From: Octopus bimaculoides
Taxonomy: Eukaryota
Reading direction: 5' to 3'
DNA length: 45,779 nucleotides
Assembly (NCBI RefSeq): GCF_001194135.2
Contig: NC_069000.1
Span: 4,933,150-4,978,928, forward strand
Under the pieces are notes generated by a model, which saw only the letters and a program-made list of their open reading frames with translations, had not been told where the DNA came from and did not search any database. The position numbers and the translations under genes were made by a program. Shown here one piece after another: positions 13,166 through 27,121 of this stretch (within the stretch, counting starts at the first letter, position 1; every line of letters starts with the position of its first letter).

Positions 13166-14218
13166 CGACATTTTGTACGATGTAATCTCTACTCCATTTG
13201 CACCACCCGTTACAAGAACTCTGTACAAGGCCATAGGCGCCGCTTTTATATATTTCATATACAAAAGAAAAGTAACCCAACACAAAACAAGCTTAGTGTT
13301 TCTGAAAATATTTACTGTTTGTGTTGTTACACGATGAACGCAAATTTCGCAGTTACTTAATAGATTCAAGCTATTGTCTATTTAGCTGTTGCTGAGCATC
13401 TAAATAATAGTAATAAATGAACTAGAAATATCCAGAATAGAGGACATACATGTGAAATATTACTAATTAATTTTGATATAGTTAATTACATTTGACAGAA
13501 ATGGTCATTCTGAAATTCCCTACAGGTTACATTTATCGATATTTATTGATCATCAATTCTTAATAATACCAACCATTACGTTTAACGCCTCGTCGAATTA
13601 GTAACAATCTTTGTCTTGTTGAGCAAATCATGGCAGAACAGAGTGTGAGCTTGTGGCAAATTGATATGAAGCAGTACTTTGGCTTTAGTTGTTTCTTGTG
13701 CACGGTTTTAAGAAATCTGTTTCCTTCTTGAAACAAACAAACACGATCCTAGATCAAATTACTGGCTCTGTAATTTCAAAATGGGGACAAGAGGAAATTT
13801 CAGGAACAAGAACTGAAATTTTGGAGGTGTGGGTAATACGATTGCATGTGACCTCAGTGGAATTTGAAATTACAATGTAATGAATCGAACGAAAGTCTGC
13901 TAAGTATTTTGTGTGGTGCGGTAATGATACTTCCATCTTTGCACCATTCAACAGATTGAATACTAAAATCCTAGATACATCGTATTCGATAAAAAATAGC
14001 GAAACCGAAACTGCTGAAAAATTGGTTGTATTACTTCTGGACTGGTGCCGAATATGGCTAGAAACAAACGTATTGCTCTCACGCTTGTTAGCGCTCTTCA
14101 GAACTCATCGAGACAGCTACGCAACTTTAACTGGATGGAGAAGGGCGGTGCGCTTTACTTTTATTAATACTTCCGAAAACTAAGAGGAGAATGGATAGAG
14201 TTATTCTCAAATTAGATA

Positions 14219-14370
14219 TATGGCTGTGTGGTTAAGAATCACGCATCCTAATTAAGTGATCTTGCGTTCAATCCCGCTATTCGCTCATTTGAGCAAATGT
14301 TCATTTTCCTTCCTCATGGGTTGAATAAATCATTTTGAGTTATATGTAATGGACGAAAATTGGGCAGACG
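14219..14370 (+). mobile_element. SINE B head, degenerate
   Basis: tggctgtgtggttaagaa (A box) ... gcgttcaatcccgc (B box) ... ttgagcaaatg. Confidence 0.65.
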
Positions 14371-14856
14371 TCTGGAGTTGAAAGCGTCCTTGCTATTAGG
14401 CTGTACACTTAATATGTCTCTTGGCCTAACATACACACATATATGTACATACATACATACATATATACATACATGCATGTACTCCTTCATATGCATGTAC
14501 GTCTACACATGTATGTATTTATGTATATAAATGTGCATGAACTTTGGTCATTTTACCCTGCACAGATATCCATGCGGACGGTTTAGAGACCGATGAGATT
14601 CTAACGATATCACCAATTATCTGTTAGATACTTTTCTTTTGCTTCGTGTCACTGAAGTTAATGCAAAATGATAGTTTTAACGCTTGCAGGAACTGGAAAC
14701 GACAAGCAACGGCTCATAAATAAATTATCATACTTCATTTGAAAAATTTTTGCAGAGATTTTTATACTACACAGACAATATTTTTTTCAGCTTAGGACAT
14801 GTTTGTATACTACATTCTAAATGTTCATGCAGTGAGAATACTGGATTCGTTGATCT

Positions 14857-15280
14857 TTGGATTATGAGAAGAAGGTTGCTTCTCAATCCCATGGTTCCGA
14901 GTTCAATTCCACTGCAGTGGAAGCTTAGACAAGTGTTTTCTAGAGAGAGTAACCTCAGACTGACGAAAGCCTTGGGAGCGGATTTGCTCGACGAAAATTG
15001 AAAGAAGCAGCTCGCTTACATACAAGCATATATGTGTGTGTGCGTCTGTGTATATGTGTGTGTGTGTTTATGGCTGTCCCCTCACTACTGCTTGACAACT
15101 TTTGTTGTTGTTTTTGCATGCCCTTAAGATAGCGGTTCGGTATAATAGACTGATAAAATAGGTATCAGGCTTGGAAGAAAAACAAGTAGTGATGGCGATT
15201 CATTCGAGAAGAAAATTCTTCAAGGCGCTGCCCCAGCACGGCCGCAGTCAAATGACTGAAACAAATAGCAGATAAAATAT
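14857..15280 (+). mobile_element. tRNA-derived SINE family B, full length (head, CORE-like segment, internal TG microsatellite, 3' part)
   Basis: catggttccgagttcaattccactg (B box) ... gaaaattgaaagaagc, (TG)n, ... ccccagcacggccgcagtcaaatgactgaaac. Confidence 0.85.
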
Positions 15281-15574
15281 AGAAGATTAAATTCAGGGAA
15301 AATTAGTTGCAATAACGAAAAAAAAAATACACAAAGAATGATTCCAACAAGTTTTCTAAGTTTACAAGAAATATCAATAAATCGCTCTGAAATGAGAGGA
15401 ACGTTTTGAAACATACGAGAAGTATGTTATCATAGTTTGGCCGAGTCATGCTGAAGTCCATAGACACACATAGCGGTCGCGAGTGAGTCTGGTTTATATT
15501 TTTAGTGAATCTCATGCTGGGTTGTGCCTTACGGCATTAACACGTCTCTTCCAGAATATATTCTTTCTAATATG

Positions 15575-15748
15575 GTTGGCGTAGTCGATCACATGAAGAC
15601 CAGCTCCTACTTTTACTTATTTAATCGACCCCGAAATGGTAGAAGACTAGATCAACCTCTGCAGCATTTAAACTCAAAGCTTAATAGCGGAAGAAATGCC
15701 GCTAAGCGTTTTCTCCGGCGTGTTAACGATTCCATCAGCTTGCCCCCT
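15575..15748 (-). mobile_element. SINE A, degenerate
   Basis: ttaatcgaccccgaaa...aaatgccgctaagcgttttctccggcgtgttaacgattcc aligns to family A. Confidence 0.8.
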
Positions 15749-15767
15749 TACTCTTTCAGAATATATC

Positions 15768-15980
15768 CTTTTTTCCTACAGGCCCAAAACATACAATTTT
15801 GTGGGAGGGTGGTAGCAGAATACATTGACTCCAGTATTTGATTGGGAATTATTTCTTCGAAGTTGAAAGGCTGGAAGGCAAAGACCATCTCGCCGGCATT
15901 TGAATTCAGAACGCAAAAACGGATGAAATGCCGCGAGGCATTTTCTCCGGAGTGCTAACTTTTCTGCCAGCTTGTCGCCC
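15768..15980 (-). mobile_element. SINE A, tail type 2, with 19-20 bp TSD
   Basis: Aligns to family A. Flanked by tactctttcagaatatatc (15749-15767) and tactctttcacaaatatatc (15981-16000). Confidence 0.8.
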
Positions 15981-16460
15981 TACTCTTTCACAAATATATC
16001 AACAACAATTTTTATATGTAATTTAAGATAATTTTTTTTTTTGCAATGTAATTGAAAAAATGATTGACATGTTGAATAAATTGCTATGTTCCTTATACAC
16101 GATAAATATTTAAAAAAAAACTTTGATTTGCAAACAGTAACACCACCAAGCAGCGAAAATCTGACAGATTGACCCTGGAGTAGGGCGCATTGAGAACTTA
16201 AGATTAAATTCTAGGTCTCCTATTTAGAATTCTTATGCAGTGTTGTCAGAAAAGGGAGGGGAATGTCCACGGTCTTCTACAGGCATGGTCATAAGAAAGA
16301 GAACTCCTAATTTGCTGTCATCGTGCAGAGAACGTAAGATAGCAGGGTGTACTCTTCCGGAAGATTTACGAAAGAGTACACACCAATCCCTCTTCATCCG
16401 TCATTTGTAGATTGCATGTGTATAATTTCCACTTCTAATCGAAACATAATTGATTTCAGT

Positions 16461-16575
<115 letters not shown>

Positions 16576-16884
16576 TTATGCTAGCTATTCTTCACAAGCT
16601 GCTGTCATTTTCAGAATGTTAACAATTCACTACTTGAAATGGTCAGGAATATGGAACAAAAGATACAATTAATTGGATGACTAATTATGAAGGAAAAATA
16701 TAATTGTTGTTGTAGTTTTTGCCGTTGTCCTCCATGCTGCTTCTGCAGCTGCTACCGCTGTTGCTTCTGCCATTTCCTTCACACCACCACCACCACCACC
16801 ACGACCTACGTCGCCGCCGCCGTTATCGTCGTCGTCGATGTAATTCTTCTTCTTCTTTTTATTATTATTATTATTATTATTATT

Positions 16885-17110
16885 GAAGCATCATATATGC
16901 TATGTTAGCCAGGATGCTGCATTCATATTTGGTGACAACAAGTCTCCTCAAATCTCAAGAATATTGCATAGGATTCTTGTAATTTTCTGCAGGTCAACAA
17001 TACACATTCCAATCCCAATATCCTTCGGCCTCTTCCGTGGCGTTTTCGGTGTTTTGCCAAATGCACCAATTACCTCAAGTATAGTTGTCCTCTTAGTCTA
17101 TTCCCAATAA
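16885..17110 (-). mobile_element. 3' end of REL-endonuclease non-LTR retrotransposon (R4/Dong-like)
   Basis: YWE*TKRTTILEVIGAFGKTPKTPRKRPKDIGIGMCIVDLQKITRILCNILEI* resembles the VIPVVIGALG...LQK...TARIL C-terminus of R4-clade ORFs. The 3' end runs into (TAA)n. Confidence 0.7.
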
Positions 17111-17199
17111 TATCATCTGACGTGGTTTTATTTCTGTTTCACATTGTATAATAATAATAATAATAATAATAATAATTATTATTATTATTATTATTCAGG

Positions 17200-17352
17200 C
17201 ATCACTACACAGCTGGACTGAATTTATCAACCCCGAAAGGATAAAAGGCAAAGTCGACATCGGCGGAATTTGAACTCTGAACGTAAAGACGAACGAAATA
17301 CCGCCTCTTATTGTGACCGGCGTGCTAACAATTCAACCACCTCGCCGCCTTG
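17200..17352 (-). mobile_element. SINE A embedded in (TAA)n
   Basis: aaaggcaaagtcgacatcggcggaatttgaactctgaacg...ctcgccgcctt. Confidence 0.85.
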
Positions 17353-17353
17353 A

Positions 17354-17354
17354 C

Positions 17355-17403
<49 letters not shown>

Positions 17404-17433
17404 TTAATAATATTAATAATAATAATAATAATG

Positions 17434-17473
<40 letters not shown>

Positions 17474-17505
17474 TGATGATGATGATGATGATGATTATGA
17501 TGATA
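17354..17505. repeat. (AAT)n(GAT)n microsatellite
   Basis: Direct reading. Confidence 0.95.
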
Positions 17506-17663
17506 ATATTTTGTGGCATACATAAAAATTAAAATCGGCAATGCCAAAACAAAACCCTCAAATGGTTAAAAAGGTAACAAGTACCAAGAGGAACCATAGC
17601 GATATCAACATTATCAATTAACAACAATAATTACAACAAAAACTCGACAACATCAACAACAAC

Positions 17664-17709
<46 letters not shown>

Positions 17710-18153
17710 GTATTAACAGCAACAATAAATCTCGTGTTAGCCTCGGTTTTCTTTTTTTCTAACAAAAGATGTTCTGTTGACGCTGCAGTAGATATTAGTT
17801 CAGGAACCGGTCGTATTTATGATAGCAGCTATTGATAATTAGAATTTATCAAGAACGACATATTTTAAATAATTGAATATTTAATTGTTTTCTCTTTCCT
17901 CTCTGACTTCCTTTCAATGATATCTTCATGACTAAAGATTAAGATTAAAATCTTGTGAAAAAAAAATTAAATGATTATTGATATTCGTACATATATGCAT
18001 ACATACGTATATGTATACATTTATGTGTGTGTTTGTGTGTATATATATTTACATAATTATAGGTATACTTGTGTATATATTTATCCATATGATAAAGATG
18101 TATATGTAAATCTGATATATATATATGTATATATATGTATGTATGTATCTATC

Positions 18154-18206
<53 letters not shown>

Positions 18207-19217
18207 ATATATATATATATATATNNNNNNNNNNNNNNNNNNNNNNNNNNNNNNNNNNNNNNNNNNNNNNNNNNNNNNNNNNNNNNNNNNNNNNNTATAG
18301 GTATATCTATGTATAGTCACATATGTGGTGTGCGTGTGTTTTTGTTTTGCATTTGTGTGTTTGTGTGTATTTCTTGGTATGTCTGAACATACATACCTAC
18401 ACAGGAAAAATGAGTATGTTTTCTATTTTTTTATTTATTTATTTTATTTATTTATTTTGTTATCGTTTCTTAAATGATAGTTGAATTCATTTACACCAAT
18501 GTCTGAAGGCAGAAATAGAATTTGTAATTCTAATTATAGATTAGAAATAATCTAGCTTTATACGCCATGATAATATCTTGCAGATCTGAACGAAAGGTGT
18601 AGAAATGAAAGTAAAAAAAAACAACAACAAACAAAATATTAAACTAAAAGCTAACGTCATGACCAGCTACACGATTGAACGTCCATAGAAAAATCAGAGC
18701 TACTATCAAAGTGTCTTCATTATTTTAAACTTTAAATCACTAATATATTTATTTTGTGATTTTATATTCATTTTTAACATTTTAATCTTGGAAAAATGTC
18801 TTTGAGAAATTCTTTCGTGTGAGAAATTATCAATTGTGATAGACATTTCTGAATTTCAATTTATTATCAGATTTACGAATGTAGTGGCTGTGTGTATTAA
18901 TTATAACAGATAAAGGTTGTATATATTGGCGTTTTGTTATTTCTTCTTCTTCTTGTATTCAAATTAATTTGATCTTAATATTTATTCATTTATTTATTTT
19001 TTCTTTCATTTTTTTTGCTTTTGTTTGATCGTTTGTTTTGCTAGTCTGTTTGTTTTTTTTCTATTTTATACTTTTGATTTTCAGTCTCATTTGAAATTCC
19101 TACACATGCTCTTCAATAGATTCACACATTTTCTGCACATGCAAACTAAGCTGACCAAATTTATACATGTTTAAATGCATGCTATCAAGATAGCAGTATG
19201 AAAGACATATTCACACG

Positions 19218-19219
<2 letters not shown>

Positions 19220-19254
<35 letters not shown>

Positions 19255-19367
19255 TTTATCACCATCATCATCAACCTTATCAACTTCATACATACATAGA
19301 TACATACATACATACATACATACACGCATACATACATACATACATACATACATACATACATACATAC
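19220..19367. repeat. (CAT)n followed by (CATA)n
   Basis: Direct reading. Confidence 0.95.
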
Positions 19368-19726
19368 GCTGAACTATTGAAAAATATGCAGTTACTCTAT
19401 CCAGATTAGAAGTTCAGGTTTTTGCCTGTAATTATTGAGGCCCTGGAAGACTACAACAGATCCAATCCATCACTGGAACTGTAAAAATCTGTAAAACTTT
19501 CCAGTAGTTTCTCATTTAAGTATATATGAGCAGGTCTAGAGATGCAACTATATGTATTGGAATATATACATAAAGGAAAACATACAAATCTGCACATATA
19601 GATACATACAAACAAAATACCCTGTTGTTGATGTTGAAATTCGAATAAAAGCGCCTTGTATCTAGGTTAGAAACCGGCTCTTTCTTTATTGGCCAGAAAT
19701 CTTGAAATAAAACTGAACAATGACAT
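19365..19726 (+). mobile_element. 3' end of REL-endonuclease non-LTR retrotransposon in a (CATA)n array
   Basis: YAELLKNMQLLYPD*KFRFLPVIIEAL, an internal deletion, then RLQQIQSITGTVKICKTFQ*FLI*. About 200-bp 3' UTR with AATAAA at 19706. CATA repeats on both sides. Confidence 0.7.
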
Positions 19727-19994
19727 CATACATACACGCATGCTTGCATATATAATGCTATAAGATGTTACACGAGCACCCAGCTCCGAGTACATTGTTT
19801 CATATAGCAGACACAGTTGTAAGCTAACGGAAGGAGATTATTCCTTCCCCTTTCTTCTGTCATTCGTTCTTTTTTGACAAACGGGCCCCATCAGACATGA
19901 GCCATCACCAAGCGGGCCGCAATAAAAAAAAATAAAAGAATCTTAATTAATTATTTAGGCGTGCCACTTAGAAAATCCCGCACGCCATAGTTCG

Positions 19995-20105
19995 CACATA
20001 GCTTGACTAGAGCAACGTGGAATAAAATTATTTACTCATGGATAAAATGCATTGGCCGACGCCAGGTTTTGAGCGCCGGTCATAAAAGCTCACCAATATA
20101 CCGCA
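19995..20105 (-). mobile_element. SINE D head, degenerate
   Basis: ttgactagagcaacgtggaataaaa matches the reverse complement of 44573-44592. Confidence 0.6.
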
Positions 20106-20559
20106 TATTTTTTTTTGCTATATTGCAAATATATGATATAAACATTATAGCATAATAATGTGGTTTTACTCCGGTATAGAGAATATATGCTATGTAACAT
20201 ATTAATTCAGACCAAAGCAGATAATTTTATATAATATGGTTTAAGATAAATAGATTTTTGAAAATTGAATTTTGGTAGAATAATTCTGTTTTGAAGAATC
20301 GAAAACTGACATAATAACAAAATAAAACACGATATTTCAGTTGAATGATAAAAGTTTATTTTCCTGCATTATGAGCAAATATTTATTAATTATTGATCAA
20401 TTGAAATTGGGAATTTATGTAGAGCGAGTTCGAAGAGAAAAATATCCAATATAAATTACGCTATTGACATTATGGGACAGACACCCGCATGCACCCACTT
20501 ACACACACAAATATACGTATCTTATTTAATACATGAATGTGTGTATATCTGTATGTATG

Positions 20560-20598
<39 letters not shown>

Positions 20599-21066
20599 NN
20601 NNNNNNNNNNNNNNNNNNNNNNNNNNNNNNNNNNNNNNNNNNNNNNNNNNNNNNNNNNNNNNNNNNNNNNNNNNNNNNNNNNNNNNNNNNNNNNNNNNNN
20701 NNNNNNNNNNNNNNNNNNNNNNNNNNNNNNNNNNNNNNNNNNNNNNNNNNNNNNNNNNNNNNNNNNNNNNNNNNNNNNNNNNNNNNNNNNNNNNNNNNNN
20801 NNNNNNNNNNNNNNNNNNNNNNNNNNNNNNNNNNNNNNNNNNNNNNNNNNNNNNNNNNNNNNNNNTATGTATATAAATATATATAAATATATATGTATTT
20901 AAACAAGAGGTTTTGGCGGTCGGGAGTAAGGTCAATAAAGAAAGTTCATGGCTGGCCGGACACCGGTCACGTGGAAGGAGAAGAGATGGGTAGGTGATAG
21001 CGGGATTGAGGGATTAGAAAAAAGAATTAGAGACAAAGAGAAAGGTACAGGGGAGATAAACGAGTG

Positions 21067-21123
<57 letters not shown>

Positions 21124-22962
21124 ATGATGATGCTGACGAAAAGTGTAATGAATGATGATCATATTTTAAAATTACTATAATTAGTTTCGGCGCCCTTTTA
21201 CAATCGTAGTATATAGATGAAATGCTGTGTAATCATTATATCCCATTGAAGGAGTAAAATTTACCTCCTCAAGTGATTGTTTATATCAATCCATCGTTAG
21301 ATCCTACTGTCATTTCACTCGTTGCTGGGTGTAATTTCCAGCAGTTTACAGGCATAACAAAACCCATAGCTATAATTATAGTTAAAATACAATTATAATC
21401 ACAATACCTAATACAGAAATAAAGAAATTGACCATAAAGAAAGGTCAGGCGCATTATAAATTACAATTCTGTCTTCATGGTAAGATTATAAGGAAGAAAA
21501 TGCAAAACAGTCTGAAGAATGAAATTAAGCTTTTAGAGATAATGAAGTGATAAAGTGATGATGACGGACGATTTTTAGACTTATCACCTGTTTCTTTGTT
21601 TGAAGAATCTAAATTACCCAGTCTTTCGCGACAAAACAACTGGTTCTATTCTACACTGAAGTCAACCTCTATTTAAACTTAATTTATTATCGTCTGGCCT
21701 TTACATTCTTGTTTGAAACAATTAGAAAAATCAGTTATAAGATATCTTCGCACTCACGTATACATAAATATTCTTTTATATAATTATCGACAAGGCAGTA
21801 TATATCGTCTTCCATACAGACACCAACACAAGCATACAATACACACACACACACACACACATACACACACACACATACACACACACACACATACATATAT
21901 ATACACATATTAATAGCTACATTACAACTTGACATAATAAGCAAAAAATTTATCAGTCTTTTTATCCTCAAAATATAAACTGCCGATAGCAATATATAAA
22001 CATATATATATATATNNNNNNNNNNNNNNNNNNNNNNNNNNNNNNNNNNNNNNNNNNNNNNNNNNNNNNNNNNNNNNNNNNNNNNNNNNNNNNNNNNNNN
22101 NNNNNNNNNNNNNNNNNNNNNNNNNNNNNNNNNNNNNNNNNNNNNNNNNNNNNNNNNNNNNNNNNNNNNNNNNNNNNNNNNNNNNNNNNNNNNNNNNNNN
22201 NNNNNNNNNNNNNNNNNNNNNNNNNNNNNNNNNNNNNNNNNNNNNNNNNNNNNNNNNNNNNNNNNNNNNNNNNNNNNNNNNNNNNNNNNNNNNNNNNNNN
22301 NNNNNNNNNNNNNNNNNNNNNNNNNNNNNNNNNNNNNNNNNNNNNNNNNNNNNNNNNNNNNNNNNNNNNNNNNNNNNNNNNNNNNNNNNNNNNNNNNNNN
22401 NNNNNNNNNNNNNNNNNNNNNNNNNNNNNNNNNNNNNNNNNNNNNNNNNNNNNNNNNNNNNNNNNNNNNNNNNNNNNNNNNNNNNNNNNNNNNNNNNNNN
22501 NNNNNNNNNNNNNNNNNNNNNNNNNNNNNNNNNNNNNNNNNNNNNNNNNNNNNNNNNNNNNNNNNNNNNNNNNNNNNNNNNNNNNNNNNNNNNNNNNNNN
22601 NNNNNNNNNNNNNNNNNNNNNNNNNNNNNNNNNNNNNNNNNNNNNNNNNNNNNNNNNNNNNNNNNNNNNNNNNNNNNNNNNNNNNNNNNNNNNNNNNNNN
22701 NNNNNNNNNNNNNNNNNNNNNNNNNNNNNNNNNNNNNNNNNNNNNNNNNNNNNNNNNNNNNNNNNNNNNNNNNNNNNNNNNNNNNNNNNNNNNNNNNNNN
22801 NNNNNTATATATATATATATATATATATATTTGTATCTATTTGTTTGCGTGTGTGTGCAAACAGCATATATATGCATGTATATAATATATATAAATGATT
22901 ACCTATGTATACATATGTATATGTATATATCATCTATCTATCTACATATATATATATACACG

Positions 22963-23007
<45 letters not shown>

Positions 23008-23519
23008 GTATATACGTATATAGTTATATATATATTAACTCATACATACGCACATATGATATATATATTTGTATACAAACACACACATAAGTGTGTATGT
23101 GGGAGTGTGTGCATATATGCCATGTGTATCTATTTACAAATGTCCCTACGTGTACGTGTCTGTGCTTGTGTATGTGTTTGTGTGTGATTATGTGCGTCTA
23201 TGTGCTTCCATATAGCTGTGCTTTCTAACCGTGAATGCGTTTGTATATCTCTGTTTAAAAGTTGCTTTATACCCATGTGAGCATGTATGCGTGTGGGAAC
23301 TCATTTTGCCGCCTACAGGAGTTGCGTTTATGCCACTCTGTTTCTGTTTGTGTCATTGACGTTTTGAATTATTCAACGAAATATATTGCTCAAAATTTGC
23401 TTTCAATCTCAAATCACTTTCATTATATTCATAAAGGAGTTCGAAGAAGCGTAGGTGTTGAAAGAGATACGCTAGTAATAACGTTTGCAGACTTTATAAG
23501 ATATATAGTGTTACCATAA

Positions 23520-23882
<363 letters not shown>

Positions 23883-24242
23883 GCTTGCATGTATGTATAT
23901 ATATACGTCTGCATATATGCACTCATATATATATCAGAGATATACTAAATGAACAACAAACGTATACAGTATCTTATGTGGAATGAAATTATATACATTC
24001 GCATACATACCTACCTACCCCTACATCTTTATATGTATGTACATGTACCTATAATGTCTCTAACAAGGCACCTATGCGTTCAAACGTGTTCACTACAATT
24101 ATAGATAACGAGGTATCATCAAATGCCCAGTAAATATTCATATTTAGTTCATAAATTATTTATGGCTACGACATTATTGAAACACAGTGAAAGGATGTAA
24201 TAGAAATGGGTGTGATCTTACATCGTAATAAGTCTTTCCGTT

Positions 24243-24284
24243 GTAGAAATTTCTGTTTCGAAATATATGTTTCTCATCAGCCGG
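24243..24284 (-). ncRNA. Degenerate minimal hammerhead motif
   Basis: CCGG-CTGATGA-GAAA-CATATA-TTTC-GAAA-CAG-AAATTT-CTAC-A-ACGG. Core and stem II perfect; stems III and I have mismatches. Confidence 0.5.
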
Positions 24285-24504
24285 TGTTGCAAAGGTAAAA
24301 TACTTCATCTCCTAATGCAGTAAGGATTTAGTCACATAATGATAGGTATAATACTTCCCGTTATTGGCGTATGTGACAAGACGGTATGTGTTCTATCTAA
24401 CTGGGAGAAAGACCCTCCTACGGAATTAATTTTCCAGGGTTCAATTACTGTATATTTAATGGTTTTAAACGTTGGAATAACTGGATGACATCAACGCCAC
24501 TGTT

Positions 24505-24600
24505 GAACAGGTACATATTTCATCGACCAGATTTAAGTTGAAGGCGATCTCGGAAGAATTTGAACTCGAAACGTAAAGCCGAACGAAACGCTTTACTCCT
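24505..24600 (-). mobile_element. SINE A, degenerate
   Basis: gatctcggaagaatttgaactcgaaacgtaaagccgaacgaaac. Confidence 0.6.
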
Positions 24601-27086
24601 CTTAGCATAGCACCACGCCTCTCACCCTCCTACTACGGCGTCACCTGGTCACATATCTCAGTACTAGACGACAGCCATGTTGCCTGAGATACACAAATAT
24701 GTATTACTATATAACGCCTGTCACAAGCAATTAAATCGATTGAACCCTTGGCAATTTGTTTCAGGAACACCAGAGACGAATGCGAGGGAAGTTTGACTGC
24801 GTCGTATTTAGAACTTGGTATGTAATATTCGATAATTAAATAAATACCACAAAATCTTGTGACAGACGCTCTACCAATTTTGACAATATATTACTTGTTA
24901 TCACGTGAAGAGTTAAATAAATTATATGCCTAATGACCAAAGAGATTTTGGTATGAAGAACCGACACATCAACGCAGAATCTAGTCTTGTTGCTTTCCGT
25001 GTAATTACTACACAAATTATAGATTCTGATCAAAGCGAGAATTTTTAAAGAGAACAGGTGCTACAATACTACTATTAAGGTATCGCACACATTGCCTGAT
25101 AAGGCGGAACTCAGTTGGAAACGCAAACATGGGATTATACTTTCAGTGTTTTGAATCACGACATTTCTATAGTCTACACATACGCTTACCATGATATGGA
25201 ATCCATGAATGCAGGGAATGGCGAGGGAAAATTTCTTGTAATTATGTTTTAAATATTCATAAATATTGAAATATTGTCGGCGACCATAGCGCTCCTGGAA
25301 ATTTCCGATCATTGATTAAGATAACTAGTCACATCAAATTTGCTATTAAATTCTTCACAATTATGTTTTCTTTTTCTTTTTTCTTTTTAGTTGCTTAGTT
25401 CGGAATTAGCTATGCTGAATAAATCTGTAGTCAAAGGTTCCATTTAGGACCACCTCGAATATTTTCAAATATTTTGTACAGGGAGTGTCAAAAGACGTGT
25501 GTGACCCTAGTTTTACGCGAGCAGTGCTGTGGCTCCTATGAAGTTAAGCTGATTGCAACAGAGTCTTCATGTAGCTAAACGTTTCCTTGATATTTTGGAC
25601 CTGTCCATTCCAAGTGATTGTTTTTGAAACGTTTATCAAGAATAATAAATCTGGAAAATATTTTCCAACGCTTTTTTCGTCTATGAAGCTCCATAGCTAT
25701 TCGATGTTGAAAAAATCCTATTGCTTTTTTTTATATTAAATTTTTTTTGTATTTAAATATTATTAGGAATTGTAATTGTAAAAAAATGTTAAATATTGTT
25801 TTGTGTATTGAAGAAGTTTAACCAATTTATTTTCCTTCAATTTTAAAAAAGAAAATTTTACATGACTCCAAAAGGGTCATGAACCCACGAGGATCATGGA
25901 AACACTGTGATATGTGATTTTATGCAGGAGTCTCTGATGTCCCGAGAGAATGGTGAATAAGAAAAATCATGTGAATCCGCCTCACGTGTTTCTATAGTCT
26001 TTCAATTAATACTAATGGATACGTTGAGGTTTTAGGGCCAGTTGTTGAGCCGCAAACATAATTTTCAAACACACAAAACACAAACACAGACACAAACACA
26101 CAGACTCACACATAAACACACATAGACACGTATATGTGTATGTATAAACGCATGTGTATGGAGAAGGAAAATTATCTACTCATTCTCTTCGTATTTTTGC
26201 AATATATATATGTACACCCGTGTGTAACCTCTTAATCTCATTTTCATATATGCTAACGTGCATACACGCACATACACACACGCACGCACACACACATACA
26301 TATACACACACTATCACACAGACCTACACACATCTAAGTATGAATATATGTATGAATATGAATGTTGATGTTATCGAATCGAATAAAAGGGTTGAAAACA
26401 AACATAAATAAATTCTTACGTGATTGTAACTGTTGGCTTTGATATACGTGCATTGATACTTATATTTGCTCTCATATTCATTACAATTATTGACATAACA
26501 TATACATGCAAGACAAGACGAAAGGTTTTTGTCCATGCCCAATGCAAAAATCTGTTGCAAAGCTAGTATTCGTAAACACAGACAGAGACAGTGGAACACG
26601 GAAACGCATATTCTCACACAATCGCACACCAAAACATACAGACAGATACACACGTACATCTTCACAGAGATTACAGAGAAATGTTTGCGGATGTAATTCT
26701 GACGGGATTGTTTCACAATTATTCAGCAACTTTTCCTATTTGTTAGTGTTTGTTGATACAATACAAAATTACCATAACATGACGTAACCGAAGATAAAAC
26801 TTCATTGAAATTCTGATCTCGCCGTTGTAATAAAACAATATTGATTCACCAGCGAGTTTTATTTTATTTTTATCAGTGTAGAATCCGGAAGCTGTGTAAT
26901 CTGGTAATGGTGTGTCGTGATCAGTAACGAAGCAGCCCATAATAAAGTTCATACAAGATTTTTCAGTAAGTTGTAAATTGGTGGAGAGAATTGAAGAATC
27001 AAATATTTCCAACCGAATGTTTGTATATGTGAGAACGAGGCGAGACAGATGAAGTAATTTTTTTATCGCAGGCTGTCGACACATAG

Positions 27087-27121
<35 letters not shown>

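Noticed and set aside
13163-13369. RVLVTGGANG resembling a short-chain dehydrogenase TGxxxGxG motif
   Set aside because: Nine residues only, lacks the following IG, has no convincing splice sites and abuts a SINE fragment.
14050-14110. Hammerhead-like CTGAAGA-GCGCT[AACA]AGCGT-GAGA on the minus strand
   Set aside because: A14 altered, G10.1 pairs with U, and no stem I; cannot be separated from chance.
25479-25907. hAT-type MITE (CAGGGAGTGTC...GGAAACACTG)
   Set aside because: Termini match poorly and there is no 8-bp TSD.
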